From Bugula neritina (Eukaryota > Animalia > Bryozoa): a DNA stretch of 64,000 nt. Each line of letters begins with the position of its first letter. Position 1 is the stretch's first letter. The notes under the pieces were generated by a model. It was given only the letters and a program-made list of their open reading frames with translations. It was not told the origin of the DNA and ran no database searches. Positions 13,877 to 29,825 of this stretch are shown piece after piece. The position numbers and the translations under genes were made by a program. Where the stretch lies: NCBI GenBank assembly GCA_964035545.1, contig OZ037767.1, forward strand, positions 24,878,628-24,942,627, in the 5' to 3' direction.

Positions 13877-16254
13877 GCAAGTTTTAAGATATGAGAAATG
13901 TGAATATGCTAAAATGAGTTATTTATCTGACAAAACGAACTTCTTATAGTAAATGAATCTATGGAATGCTGACTTCAAAATAAAAGTGGATAATTATATA
14001 ATTATTATAATATATTTACAAACATTTCAAAATTCTTTTTTTCTAGATTATATACTTTCATTATATACTTTTTAGTTATTATGACTTAAATGCAATTAAT
14101 GCTGGGGCTAATGTTATGTTTGTGCAACACAATAGCTGATTTAAGTTCTACATTACTTAATATATATAATATGTTTTATAATATTTAAGATGCAGATTAA
14201 AGCTGCAACATATTTTTGCAAGAGGATGTTGGAAGACAGTACCTTATTTATTTCCTGCATTAGAAATTGCTAGACCTATTTTAAAATGCTTAAAATACAT
14301 TTTAAATTTAGAACTTTGTACCTTGTAACTATAATGTAGAAGTATGTGGTAATGTTACTGTCATATATTTCTGGGTAAGAAAACGCTACTTTGTCTGCAT
14401 GATGTCGAAGTACAAATTATTAAAGTTATTATATTCTATCAGCACATGAAAGGGCCACTACTTGTAAAACCTTTAAATTAAACTAAACTAAACTTAGAAA
14501 AAAGAGCAATTATCATTTGAAAGAAAAATGAATAGTGCACTATATTATATATTGTATCACAATACCAATTCATACCAAATTTTCTGCTTTTCAGTAAATT
14601 ACAAAAATTAATAGCCACAAATGTTGGGTAATATAGCTTACTCGGCACCAAATACTATTATGTAAAATAATTGTCTTAACAAAATGGTTGTTATATCATT
14701 ACTATTCGAATATTAATATATACCTACAATGCAGACTTTGGCTGAGAATATACATAAAGATATACTGGCGGCATTATTGAAAGCATGCCAAGTATGTTAA
14801 AAGTTATGATTTAAAAGTATTTTTATACATGTACACACGAACAGATACGACCATCACACACATATAGTTGAAGATTAAAGGAATACTAAGTAATATATAG
14901 TAATATATAGTCAACTGTATTTCCCAGGTATGTAAATCAAAAGGTGGGGAATCTATGGCTTAGTATTTTAGTGTCATTTGGGACTATAACCCAATTTAAT
15001 TTATATAAATATACACTAATTTTTTGCCATAATGATTTTTTAAAACAGGGCATGCAACAAGTGCAAACCTGCACCTACCACAAAAAATATGTTTTATTTT
15101 CAACTATTTTGTTCTTGCCATAAATATAGGTCTTAGTATTACAATCAACCATACTTTTTAACTGATAATTATTGCCTGCATGACTGCATACTTTCTCTGT
15201 CAAAAGGCATGCATGTGAAACTCTAGCCAAAGCTATAGGTGATGCTATGTGGATCAAACTGCAAAAACGTTTTTATTAGGTTTAAATACTTTTAAAATAT
15301 GTGCAGGTGCAGCCTATTTGTGTGTATGTGTTTGTGCTAATGACTGCAATGACACCAGGCAAAAATTTAAACCCACTAAAATACATAAACTTACAACAGC
15401 AAGGATAAAAAACTAATTGTTACCAAAATTAATATAATATAAACAATGCAGTTATAAATTTATAAGATCAACTGTGATGCATAATAAAAAACATATGAGA
15501 ATCTAAATCTTGCAGCTATAGCAGATGCAAGATATAAAAATACAGCTGGCAGCTATTATAGTTGCAAAGATATTTTTATTTCATTATATAGTTTTTCTCT
15601 AAATGAGTTAATATAAAGTACATACAGTAGAATGTATTATGTCATCAGTAGTGCTGCAAAGGTTTTAATCACATCAATGGCATAGTAACTATAAAGTTAT
15701 ACACATTATATAGTGTTGAGTTTACCGCAGATAACAATAGCCTACCACCTATGTGCATTCATTTTCAGGATAAAACATTGAAGCAATAATATGGAGTTGT
15801 CTTTCATAAAATACTTATTGCTTGAGTGTATAACTTCTTGGTGCAATGGACTTGATCGTATGTCTGTTAGCATATGATCGCAGGTAAAAATTTACAATAG
15901 ATTGTTATAACAGGCAAATATACTTCAGCAGATGTGTTTGAAGCTTGAGTTTCTTTTTCCAGTGTTTAAAATTGTTAAACCATTTAATTTTGTAATAATT
16001 AATAATTATCAGAATCACGAGTGTAACATTGATATATGTATATTCATACAATCAATTGCATATATACTATATTTGAAGTAACGAGATAAATCTTCTATTC
16101 ATTTGGTCGCACGTGTAAGACTTTTTATCGTTAGTTCTTCAAGTTCAAGACTTCAAGTTTATGACTTCTACTTCTAGTTCTTGTAGTTGTTGACGTTAAA
16201 TTTAATTAACTATAAGTACAAGTACATCCGTATCAGTATCACTACCAATCGCCA

Positions 16255-18855
16255 ATGCCTCCATATGACATTTCACTGATTTTAAAATTGGCAACAAAGG
16301 TTAGTAGTTACTATTACTTTGACTAAATCAATAGATCATTAATTAATACCTGACTTATCTGTTATCAGATATATTTATAATTCCCACACTCAGTATCACA
16401 CTCACACTGCGTCTGACATTGACACTGGATGGCTGCTAGTATTACTATTATTATTAGTATTACTCAATTAGTATTAGTATTGCTATTATAGTTATATGAT
16501 GTATCACTTTTAGTTTTACTCTGAGTATTACTCTTATTAGTATTACTAAGTATTACTGTATTACTATTAGTGTAACTATATTTCAATGTATTATCTTTAC
16601 TAATATTAATAGTGCTAATAGTATACTATTCCCTCTTGATGATGCTAATAATTTAAATTGACATTATTTATTATTAACTAGTATTATTAACACTAATTGT
16701 CACATGCACTACAAATCATTAGTCTAATGCCATATACACTACAATAATAACTATTCTAATACTTAAGTAGCTACATTATGCAGTATTACGATACCCATAT
16801 AATAATATAATATTTTACCTATATGCTAAATTTAATTGGAGATTTGTCTGTCCAAAAAAGTTGGTGTTCTTGCAAATGTTGAGCATTAATGTTTCTAATT
16901 ATTCAAAATATCGTCTTGCCTGATAGTGGTGTTGTAATCTGACTCTGTACTAACTGAAAAATTTTTTTCAAGCTTATCACTATGGCAATATTTGGTAACA
17001 CTGGCACCATGGAATTTAATTCTCTTAACTTTAAAAGTCAGTCACCATACACTGTCTATATGTATATTACATAGTAGGGAAATGTTCAAATCCAACTCTG
17101 CATAGTGGCTTTCACTTGCAACTGCACTATCACTGTGTACATAACCATTGAGTTACTCTATCTTTATCACAAAGGTTTAGTTTATCTGAAATATATTAAA
17201 TGCTATTTTGTGATGTTTTTGGTTGTTATAGAAGTTGTCTTCTTTTATGATTTTTGTTGGGCCTGGTATTTGGGTTAAAAGAAGAAAGCATCCAGGTTGT
17301 ACTTCTGTAAGAATAGTATTATACTAATGACATTCTTTATGGAAAAGTTTAGTAAACTACTGTGTAAATAGGGCAGGGTAGTTGCAGGTGAGGTAATTAC
17401 AAGTAGGGCAGTTGCAGGTGGATAGTTGCAGCTGGGGTAGTTGCAGGTGGGTTGTATGAATCTGACAGCCCTTTCTCTATTCTCTAGTATATGTCTACTT
17501 AGAGATAAAAGTACAAGCTTAGAATTGCCCCCTTCTCCTGGCAATGTGCAGATGGATAAGTAGGGAGGGCCACAAAAAGCCACCCTATCGGAACAAATTG
17601 TGTGAAACAGGTTATGTTAGGAGTTGTCAACTATTTTTGACTTTTTGCTAATGTTATCATTTCTTATACTTATTTAATCTTAACTTGCAGTCACAGACCA
17701 AGAAGGTCATAACCCGGGCACTGATGTGCATCAAAGACTATGGCGGAATTGTCGGTCGTCTTGAAAATTTAGGTGAACAGACTTTGCCGTATAAAATGAA
17801 ATCTCAAGGCGTCAAACACACCAAAGGGTTGTAAGTTGCTACAATAAATGTGAAATTACAGAAATCTATTTTACATATTCAGCATAATTATGTTTAGATG
17901 ATCTCTCAGCTTACATAAATTGAAAAAGGTGACTACTTTTTCTATTTCGTACTTTGCCTTTTTGTGTTGGTTGTTGGATAAATTGTAAAAGTTTTAAAGA
18001 TCTGGTAAATGGGGAGAAAAGTGTGATACTAGGAGGGAGGGGTAAATGACTTAATAAATTGTAACTTAACAAAATCTATTTGAATTTTCATTCCTTAATG
18101 TGAAGATAGCAGCATACACATATCTGAGTATTCATTGAATAGATGTTATTACTGAAAAGCAATGTTTGCACAGGTCAACACTCTAACTCTTTCTAATTAC
18201 TAGTACGTTTGTCATAGTGTCACTCGCTAAATGATTAAAGTTGTAGAAGACACAATATTGGGCTGCCTACACAGGCTGCTCAGTGGTTTTTTTATACCAA
18301 ATGTTGAGAGTTGTGTTAACCTGTGACATATGAATTCACTTTCAAGTGGTCACACAAATCTATAGATTTATTTGGTTACATAATATCTGTCCAGGAAGTG
18401 TCTAGGCATTATGTAGTATTAGGGTTAACAATGACTGAATTTGTTTATATAAGTTTACAGGAGTGTTCTATTGTGTAATCACATGTATACATAAGTGTAC
18501 TGTTTTGTAGCTACATGTATACATAAGTGTACTGTTTTGTAGCTACATATAGACATAAGTGTACTGTTTTGCAGCTATATGTATACATAAGTGTACTGTT
18601 TTGTAGCTACATATAGACATAAGTGTATTATTTTGCAGCTATATGTATGCGGAAGCTGATATACCTGCCAATTCTGCTGATAAGATTGCTGCCATTCTAT
18701 TGAAAGATCACGACATTTTACGGCCAACCATCATCAGGAAGGAAGTGGAGAACCCGAGACCCTGTGAGAAAGGAGAGTGTTTCTTCGGGGAAATTAACAA
18801 TACAGAAATAGCATTAGTTAAAAAGTATGGTTCTTTTACCAAGCAATCTGTGTAA
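16255..18855 (+). CDS. MRPS6: Mitochondrial ribosomal protein S6 (bS6m), ~133 aa
   Basis: Exons 16255-16299 (MPPYDISLILKLATK), 17691-17830 (GGIVGRLENLGEQTLPYKM..HTKG), 18639-18855 (..KDHDILRPTIIRK..). These match the bS6 family pattern MPxYE/D-L-I-L...GxVxxLENLGxxxLPY...DxDxxR. Confidence 0.92.
17375..17452. repeat. ~15-bp G-rich minisatellite (GGGTAGTTGCAGGTG) in MRPS6 intron 1
   Basis: About 5 degenerate copies visible. Confidence 0.6.
18481..18648 (+). repeat. 32-bp tandem repeat spanning the MRPS6 exon-3 acceptor
   Basis: Five units of ACATGTATACATAAGTGTACTGTTTTG(T/C)AGCT; AGs end at 18510, 18542, 18574, 18606, 18638. Confidence 0.9.
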
Positions 18856-20018
18856 ATGAGAGAATATGATAATTTGTATGTGCAACTGCTTTTTATGACT
18901 CACTTTTGAATACCAATAAAATGTTTCTTTAATGCTTGAAAATACAACTAGATTTGATGATCAGGTGCTCTTAGATTTATCTTCTCTTAGGAATGAATGA
19001 AGCTGGTATAAACAAGTTTCACTATTCAAATATTGCATATTCCCAGGGAGGCTGCATTTTGTAGCTAATAAGCTTCAGAAGGTTGCTCATCTAATATTTG
19101 TAATGAAGTGACATTTGCCAATAAAACTCCACTGGCACTCTGGTCATACACCTCCTGCCATATCTCACTCAAATTGATATGAATTTATAAACTTGCTTCG
19201 AGCTTATGAAATATTCAGGTTTTTTCGTGAAATCAATTTCCATCCGTGCATATAATTATACAGTAGTTTGACAGACAATAAATGTGACTAACCTCGATGA
19301 GAATTCTCATCTTATATCTTATTGAAACTTACTGTGTTTTATTTTTATTTCAAATGATCAGTTGATTAGGTAAAATATTGGCAATGTTTATTTTGTTCTG
19401 GCAAATGACGCAGTTTAACTGAAGGTCAGTATAATTGGTTGGTTGGGAACTAATCTAGACCAAGGTATAAGTGACACCAATAGACATGAACGCCCCCGCT
19501 GATCTGCCAAAATGCTGTCTTGTTTACAAAAGAACATGATGCCGTTTGTGTCATGATATCTACTACTTGACTTTCCGTAGATCAATGACCACACTTCCTG
19601 TTTCCATTAAGATCCAATGCGCAATTGTATGACTTGTAATGTGATTCAAGTTTTAAATAGGTTCACATTCCGCCAATTAGGAGATCAGCCTAACCGCCAC
19701 ATCAGTACAATATCGGGTGTAAATAAATCCCGGCTGGTCACAGCTATTTATTGATTAAGTTTTGTTTTATCTTCAAACTGCTTATGACACATTAAAATTA
19801 TAAATGAATGTAAATTCACGTAGTTACGTACACAGCTGATAACTGTATAATTTATTCAAACTGCTTGGTAATACAAATATATGACTGTGAAATGATGCTA
19901 ATAGATGTAAACATTATACTTGTACGCTAATGAAAAATGATCACTTTGAATAAATTAATTACATAAAAAGCATTGTTAGTTATCTCCTATTCTATAGTCA
20001 TGTGATGGAAGCACTAAC

Positions 20019-20501
<483 letters not shown>

Positions 20502-21535
20502 TTGCAGTAGACATGTTTTGGCAAAGTGTTGTACCATTGCATGTTTGTTGAAAAGGTTAAAAATAATGGGCTTACAGTTTAGCAATAATATTTCGGTAAC
20601 ATAATATTTTTACTTTTTATACCTAACTAATCTGTTGTAATATGAACTCATAAAAATAACATTACTTACTCACTTCTTTTGTCATATCTATGTTACCAGA
20701 GTATGTTATCACATTATTGCATCATGGTTTATTTAGTCATTTGAAATTTAAAGAATTATATTAAAACTTTTTCTTGTATTTTACCATTGTAAATTCCTAT
20801 GTGTAGTAGTGTACTGTTAAGCAAATAAAATCTTTTATATTAAGAAAAACAAGCTGATGGATCTTTTATAATTACTGATAAAGACAAATTCAATAATTAT
20901 CAAGTATTAAAAATAAAATATGCGGGATAGAGCTAGATTTTAAGGTTAGATTTCATCAGCTACACTTACAATTAATTTGAAACCATGATGGTGTTATTGT
21001 TAGTATTTTGTTAATTTTTTTATTTTGGCGTCCATTCTTGTATACACTAACGTAGGCTAAGATACATACATTATATATACACATATACTTGATAACTAGC
21101 AACTCCGCAAAAAAAACTTTAATTCAAAAATTCAAATAGGCTCATGAATATATCATAGGCAGCACATTTAAAGTCAGCATAGTACAAAGTCCATCTTCAC
21201 TTGTCTCCCATTATCTTTACAGTACTGCCATTCACATGCTTAAATACTTTTACCACTCCGGGTAAATGTCAAAGCACATAACACTAGGCAATTAAATTGA
21301 TGCATCAGCTATTCATATATTTCATTAGATTATTCATATGCTATATATTATATGTACATATAATGCATTACAAACCTACTTAGACTATTGTGTGATAACA
21401 GTTCAGCATGAACATATTCTGTCGAGGTATATTGATCAGCTATATCATGTTTGCATGGCATCATAATGCTCTTCCATTGTTTATCCGGTTATTGGGCACA
21501 TACTGACTTGCTATTAGGTCTCCAAATACCACAGG

Positions 21536-21571
21536 TATAATATTGGCTTCCAGTAATTACTACCGTCATTT
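21536..21571 (+). promoter_or_regulatory. Candidate TATA (TATAAT) plus Inr (TCATTT) core promoter of TH-A
   Basis: Motifs are ~30 bp apart and ~40 bp upstream of the ATG at 21609. Motif match only. Confidence 0.35.
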
Positions 21572-21608
21572 GATGCTCTCAACTCCAAGCGGATACATCT
21601 CTTTCAAG

Positions 21609-24600
21609 ATGAACGGCAAGACCTCCCACGCTGAACGACGACTTGCATTTCAAAAGAGTTACAGCATTGAGGTATAATAATATTATTATCGTTACATATC
21701 AGGAAATAATTTAATGGTGCAACAAAAATATTTTGATACGCTTTGCAACAGTTTATCTGTTTTGTGCAATTTAATGCAGAACTTCTATTGCTACCAATTA
21801 TTATAACAAATAGTTGAACTTAGTTCTAACCAGTCTTTATAGCAGACTGCAGCAGAAACTCATAGTTGTTTTAGGTAATTTAATAATAATGGACTATTAT
21901 TAGTTTTTCAGGTTTTGAAATTTCAGGTATTAAATTACAACTTTGAGTAACTCTAAAAGTGTGCTGCAGATAATTTAGGAGAATTAATGTGGTAAGGTTG
22001 GCAATATTTGCAGGCATTGTTAGCTTTTGTAGTGCAAACCAAAACTTAATATGTGTCTGAAGTTGAAATTTAATTACATCATGCAGGGTGTGTTCTATGA
22101 AATCATCTTAACAGTAATGATTTTACTTTGTAAGCTAAAATTTCTCATAAAGTTTTAATTAAAATAGCTGATGAATTAATAGTTCAAGTGACCCTCAGAG
22201 AATGTGATTTTACTCAGCCTAAATTCATGCATTGTTTATAACTATCATGTATACTATATTATATACCGTCATTATATTATATTATATACAGAGCATAAAA
22301 CAACTTTTATACTTTGTTTATTAATCTTGTAAGAATTTAATCTCATTTCTTTCTAGACATCTTTCACAGCGTTAGCATTTATATTTAGTTGGTAAAATAT
22401 GAAAAGGAGCAATTTACAGACTCATAAATTCTTGTATAGTAACAGCACTGCTATAACAACCATATATAAAAGCATCTTTGATTAGCAAAGCTATATTTAA
22501 TTAAATTTTGAATTTACCCATTTTTGCCTTCATCTTATGTAAATAATTATAAAAGCCACCATAGCTAGCCTATTATCAATCAAGTCTGTTCTCAGGTGTT
22601 AATACTAATTACAAATAGTAATGAATTTAATTCCAGGAATATTTTTTAGAAAGGTGAGCCAATCAGGCGAAAGTCTCTTATAGACGATGCTAAGTTTGAT
22701 ACGTACACAAACATTGGTCTGTTGGAAGAGGCACGACAAAGGTCTTTCTCCACTTCAACAGATATCCCTGAGAGTGATGAAGACAAGACACATCTTACCA
22801 GCTGGACATGCATAATGACCTTGAACCCTACATGCAATATTTCGAATGTGTGTAGAGAATTTGAGGTTAGATCAGCAATTTGATATGTATTTGAATACTT
22901 AGCTGGTTTTTATGGTATATCAAATAAATTCCTTATACTTTCTAACAATATCAAACAAGTTAAGAGCAGCATATTTCAAGTTTTGATTTAATATTTCATC
23001 AAATATTAATGCTTTAATGTTTTATTTACTTACTTGAGTACATTTGAAATCGGTAACATTTACTAGAGTTATTAAATTATATTCACCGTACTTTGTTTTA
23101 CTGACAGAAACGCTCGGTAGCCATTCTGCACATTGAGAGTAACAAACTTGACAAACACCCACCAGTGGTGTTTCACAATGGAAACTCAGAAGGCAGAACC
23201 ATCCCCCAGTCTTTAAAGCTTTTGGTCCAGTTTGAAACCACAGAATTTGTTGCGGATGCCATAAAAGCCTCTCTTAAAAGGGATAAGAATTTAGGTTAGT
23301 TTACAGGCAACTCTACTTTGACTGTGTGTAGCTGTATCTTAAATTTTATTGAATTTTCTGGTTTAGTAATGTTTATAGGAACACAATCATATTGAATGCC
23401 CATCATTCTAATGTGTAAGTAACAGCATTAGTTGATGGTAGCTATATAGACATGATGATAAGTGTATTAAATATATTAAATTAAATATTAAATATATACG
23501 TATATTGAATTGCCACTAAAATGAAATTTAAAAGGAAAATGCATATAACAGCCTTTGCCATTAAATAAAAATGTTTCAAAATCCTGAAAACCTAGCCTAA
23601 GAATAGGTAAAGTAGTAGTTTATTATATATTCTTCAGATGAGGTGTACATGACGAGCGATGAAAAACCTGTAGCCTCGGAGCCAATATGGATTCCTAACC
23701 ACATCTCAGATCTAGATAAATGCAATCATTTAATCACCAAGTTTGAGCCCGACCTTGATCAAGGTCATCCAGGATTTGATGATTTAGCCTATCGAAAAAG
23801 ACGGCAGGAGATTGCTGATATCGCCTTCTTCTATAAACAGTAAGGCACCAATGATTTTAGAAGTGTTCAAATAGCACACATGTTAGATTATGTGAAGTTA
23901 TAGCTAAAAGTGTTTCCAAAATAATTTCTGGTCATTGCATTACACACCAGCCTTTCGCCATCCTGAAAAGATAATGGAAATAGATGGGAAAACCCTGTAA
24001 CAAGTTAAATGTCTTGATTCTGCTATCTGTAGGATTTGAGCCCCCCAGACCCTCAAAATTGTATTATGTCAGTTTCTTAGCATACTAGAACATACTAGAA
24101 GCTTGTTTAAATTTATAAATCGTCATTATACAAAAATATTTAATATAAATTTAAATTACCAGTTTGATAACCCAGTTATATAAACTCTTAACAACTTCTA
24201 AATATCCTATTTAATTTACTTGGCATCGGTTCATTGAATTTGACATAAAAATAGATTAGCAATACATACTGTAACAATGCAAAGATGTATAAGGCATGTA
24301 TTTTATGAGCATAAATAAACATTTGCTAAACTTAGTTTTCCTTCAATAATTTGCAAAATAGTTCATTTTCTGAGTTGATGGAAAAAGCAAATTTCTAGCT
24401 TTCAAGCATACTATACATATATTATATGTAGAGTTGAAAGAAAATTGTTAAATTATTTTAACCTTCCTTTATACATCACAGGAGTTTTTATTATTTTGCT
24501 TTCCAGCAAACTTGTAATGTGAATTCTGATAATAAGTTGTTTGATTATTGTTAATGCATGTTTTTAGAGGAGACACGATTCCAGACGTTGTGTACGTCAA

Positions 24601-27600
24601 AGAGGAAGTGGAAGCCTGGTACGATAAATAAGTTTTCAATATTTTCATGTTATTACTTTAACATCACAAGACGTTTATACACAGTATTCAGAGCTTTTAC
24701 TATTTATCAAAGCACATTTTACATTTCCGAGTTTCATCGCATAATGTATAGAACTAGTGCATGTAATGCTACCACCACCGGTCTACCATGCCTCTACTGT
24801 GTGTCGGCCATAATCGTAATCATGTATTGCATACAGGAAACACTCTTACTTGACGCTAAAGAAGCTGTTTCCTACTCACGCCTCTTCTGTCCATGTCTAC
24901 AACTTTGAACTTCTTGAGTCAGTCAACCTCTACAGCGCTAATCACATTCCGCAGCTCAATGAAGTTTCAGAGTTTTTGAAACGTAAGTCCACTACATGTA
25001 TGTTGATAAATATATAATATAATGTAAATAAAATATAATATAGGGCAATATAATATGTAGTATAATATAGTATAATAATTCTAATGTAGTATAATATAAT
25101 CTTGTATAACATAATATAATATGTAGTATAATATAGTATAATAATTCTAATGTAGTATAATATAATCTTGTATAACATAATATAATATGTAGTATAATAT
25201 AGTCTAATATAATATTGTGTGATATAGTATAATATGAAAATTATGTGATATACTCTTTTAAAGTATTTTGGCTTCAAACTGATGACTATAACTGATTAGA
25301 ATAGAATATTATATAGAATTTTATTTGCTGCTATAACATCTTTTTTTTATCACAGGACACTCTGGATTCACCCTGCGTCCAGTTGCCGGTCTAGTCAGTG
25401 CCAGAGACTTCCTGTCCAGTTTGGCTTTCAGAGTGTTTCAGTGCACTCAGTATGTCAGACACTATTCTAAACCAGATCACTCACCAGAGCCTGACTGCAT
25501 TCACGAACTACTTGGTCACGTACCTATGTTAGCAGACCCAGACTTTGCTCAATTCTCTCAGGAAATTGGGCTAATTAGCCTTGGGGCAAGTGATGAAGAT
25601 ATTGAAAAGTTAGCTACGGTAATAATTGATTTTTCTACTAAATATTTTATACTAAATACTGCTGATTCCTAGTAAAATTTTGTTTCTTGTTCGCTAGTGC
25701 TAATGAATCAATGCAAAGAATATTTTTACGACTTTTCAGTGAAGGAAATACTCGAGGGAATTTAGATGTAGCTTTGGGCAAGAGAATAACATGTGTACTA
25801 TAAAACAACAATTAGTAAAATATGTAAACGGTGAACTTTACTTTTCACAGCTGACGATACCGAGGAGTTAATATATTTTTTCTTGAAGGTTATGAATCTT
25901 TTTGACGCACTTTCTGTAATATTGCTTGATAGTTGCATATATTTTGCCTGCAGCCTATTTACTTTGTATGTTCTAGTTGTACTGGTTTACTGTGGAATTC
26001 GGGCTATGCAGAGAGAATGGGGAGTTGCGAGCTATGGGGGCAGGACTCCTCTCTTCCTATGGAGAACTCTTGCACGCATTATCAGGTCAGCTACAAAAAC
26101 AGCTGCTTAAGCTTCACTGTGTGTAGTTGAGATATCTATCAAATCCAATACTAAATCTTGGTATTATAAAAATAATAGTCATATTAATTTGATGCTACAG
26201 ATTTTAATTATATTAGAAAGTTTTATTAATTTGAGGCAATGTGGTTAAATCAATTATATTGGTGCTATACAGGGAACATATTTATGTAAATCTTACATTA
26301 GTCACAAGGCGTTCTTGTTAGAATTTCTATATAATATTAATTAGGAACGCCTCAATTAAAGCCTTTTGAGGCAGCCATAGCAGCTGTGGAACCTTACCAA
26401 GATGAAACTTACCAAGATGTCTACTTTGTCACAGAATCTTTTGAAGATATGAAAGAGAGAGTGAGGTATTCTATTGACTATCATTTCTCTATAAATAGAC
26501 TATATAATATAATTGCTGTTGAAGCCGCCTTAACAACAATATATTTATAAATTTAGTGTAAAATTGTGACAACGAAATAAAAAACAATAAATAGTAAACA
26601 ATAAAATAGTATTCATGCAAATATAAACTCTTATAAAGCATTATTCAATGTTTCTAATGAAAGTAAATTAATATAGTTGAACCCAAGCATTTTTTTAAAT
26701 TTGGCACTTGCTAAAGCACCACAAGTTCATAAAGGGTCTTTAAGGCATTAGTGGCAAAAAGAAATTCTATTTCACTGAGTTTACCTGAGTATATCCTAGT
26801 TCCTGCATACTACAGGTAAGCACTATGCTAGGCTTTATAGCAAGCTGAGGTTTTGTTTTGAAACTCCATTTTAACTATAGCAATTACTGCTGTCACCATA
26901 AAATATATATGTATGAAAATAATGACATTAGTCTAGTGGTCTTAGTACATAGATGAAAATGTTAACCAATATCGATTCCCTGGTTCGCTTGCACAGAATG
27001 CTTGTAGCTCAGCTGGTAAATTCCTAAAGTCACTTATCATATAGATTATAGCATATTAGTATTACTATTTTAATAATTATTTAATTCATTTCACCCTTCT
27101 CAAATATATTACATAAGTTTATAAATAAATGTTATGGTAGTTGAGTACACTGTAGAGCAGGAATGTTTTAGTAATCTAGTATTTTGACAAATGATGTTAT
27201 ATATCATATATTTTGTATTATATATTATAAATTATATATTATATAATATATATATTATATGTATATTACTCAGATCAGTAGTTTATTTAATATAATGATA
27301 ATCTAAGTTCAGTTACCTCCACCATAAGCTCTGTTAACTGCTCATTTCTATCATACAGGTGTACGTAATTGTTAGCTATAAGAGGCCTCGTCATTTCCTA
27401 CTCTACCCTACTATATATGTAACTCGTTAAGCCTAGGACCACACTGTGCGTATTTTCGCATGCAAAAATTGAAATCACAAGTAGCAAAGGTGTCCACTGT
27501 ACGCGTTGAGAAAACATTCGCACTTGTCGCTCAGCATTCTCAACGCAAGTGCGAATCGTCTCTGTCGTCGTCACCTAATTGGCTGGTAGTTATTCAGCGA

Positions 27601-28139
27601 GCCCAATTTCTTTATTTTAGTGCTACATTCCAATAAATTGCGTCTTATTGAAAGCGAGTGCGATTTAAAAATGAAAGCTTTATTTATCACGCATCACTGA
27701 CGCTACAGTGGACACCTTTGCTACCCGAGGTTTCAATTTTCACATGCGAAAATACGCACAGTGTGGCTCTAGGCTAACTCTCTGCTTTTAGCTATTCTTT
27801 CCCTGGTGCCACAACAAACATTTACATATGTAATTCTCCCTAATTATTACATAATGTTCTATATTGTAATTATCATGCCCATATATTGCTACTTTTTTAA
27901 ATTGCAGGGCATTTGCAAAGACTATTAAAAAACCAGTTTTGGTGCGATACGACCCCTATACCCAGTGCGTTCAAGTGCTGGATAGACCTAAAGCTATCCA
28001 TGGAGTCATTGAAGAGGTGAAGGACCAGTTGAACAGCATGTACACAGTTCTGGAGGAAGTGGTATGCCACAAAGAAGACGTGAGGTACGGGCAGGGACAG
28101 CAACACTCCGTCAACGTCATGACTAATGGCGCTGTCTAA
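21609..28139 (+). CDS. TH: Tyrosine 3-monooxygenase paralog A (~529 aa)
   Basis: Exons 21609-21671, 22650-22865, 23108-23294, 23638-23839, 24568-24618, 24837-24982, 25356-25618, 25977-26085, 26345-26465, 27908-28139. Invertebrate TH N-terminal motifs [12 protein letters not shown] and [11 protein letters not shown]; TH signatures [44 protein letters not shown]. Confidence 0.95.
27431..27774. mobile_element. PIF/Harbinger (Tourist-like) MITE, 344 bp, in the last TH-A intron
   Basis: ~70-bp imperfect TIRs (GCCTAG..CCACACTGTGCGTATTTTCGCATG..AAAATTGAAA..GTAGCAAAGGTGTCCACTGTA) flanked by TAA on both sides. Confidence 0.85.
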
Positions 28140-29825
28140 TTGAGATAACTTGTGAAAATGGTGATGCGTTTTGGCTCAACTACTTTTAGCAAACTATAAC
28201 AATATAAATACTGTAAGGATTGTGTCAGCCTTTCTCCTCAACAAAGTAATTGTTGTCAACTTTATAATGTGCATGAGATGTATTGATCGCTGTGTGTCAC
28301 TATATGGAACGCTTGGGGCTTTACAAGAGCACTGTTTGACTCCATATTGACTCTTTAATTCTAATGAATTCTCTAGCATGTATAAATTAAGTTTAATAGT
28401 TTCAGTTATAACTTTTAATAATCATGAAATACTCTAAAGCACAAAAAACACACTTTGAAATTAATTAATATATGAAGTTGATATGTAAAATTGTCTAATC
28501 TAAATATATTAACAATGTTTGGCCTGCTAACTTACTCCTATCAGAAGTTGTTTACCCTTGGTACTTATATAACTAGAGTAGATAGTGTTATAAAATAATA
28601 TTATGAAAGACTGTAACAAAGCCCAAAAAGGCTAGGTTCTAGGTGTTACTAAAATATATACAAAACATGGCAAATGAAATACTACGTGAAAAGATAGTAT
28701 CTATATTTTATGATACTAGTTGCAGCAGAGCTAACTAGAGTAGGGTTGAGGATTGAATAAGAAAAAATGCAGTGAAAGTTAAAAAAGGGGATTTAGGCAA
28801 TGTGAAGAAAAGTTGCGTAATTGTTGGCATTGGAAGGTTTATATTGTTTTCGCTCATATTGGCTTTTGATTTCAATCCTTGTTGCTAGAGTATAATGTAA
28901 CATATTGTGTCCACAGTGAGTAATATATATATAGATAGAGATGTTGTTGATAATGTGTGTGGACTGTGATAATTGCTAGACAGTAGATCTATGTTTGTAA
29001 TTGTTTTATTATGTCATTGTCATAGGAAATTGAAGCAAATTTGATCATTAACAGTGTCATGACCTCAGTCAGTGTGCTTTGTTAACACAAGTCACCAATG
29101 ATTGTAATACTTTCTTAGACAATTACATTATATATGCAGAACTGATCTCCATCTCTTGATCATCTTTCTAAATTCATAAGTTTTGTTTATGCATACTTTC
29201 TAGAGAAAACTATATAGTGAAAATGTCTTTTATGATTATAAGCATTGATTTATTACTGATATAAAATTAAATTGATGTTATAGACATTCTTATGTTTATT
29301 TTTTGACACGAATTTTTGCTGTTGTGTTTTATCGATGACTTATTTATTGTATTGAAATGCCCAAATAAATATTTCTTTATTATGCTTTCTTGATTTTACT
29401 TGTAGTTTGTAATTTGCAGTCTATAGGAGATTAGTACACTTTTTGGCCATAATAAAGTACTAGTAAAAATATTAAAATAAAAAAATTGACTGTGATAATG
29501 TCTAAGTTAATTTTCAGCTTTTTAATTGTAAGGCAACAAAATGTAGGTTTGATGGGTTTGTCTGATAAGTCGGTTTTTTTCTCTGTAAATGAAATAATAT
29601 TATAAACTCACAGTTCAAACTGAAAGCAAAGTAAAAGAACAAAACTAATTGCGGTGTAAAATTATTTGTAATGAGCTAGCAATAGCAAACTTGTAACTTG
29701 CACTTACCCAAAAAATCCCAAAGTATCAATTTTTGGGTTTTGAAGTCTAACAATAGAAACTAATAACACAAATTTCACAATTACATTTAATTGGCAAATA
29801 ATAAACAGGGAGCAGGTTAGATCAC

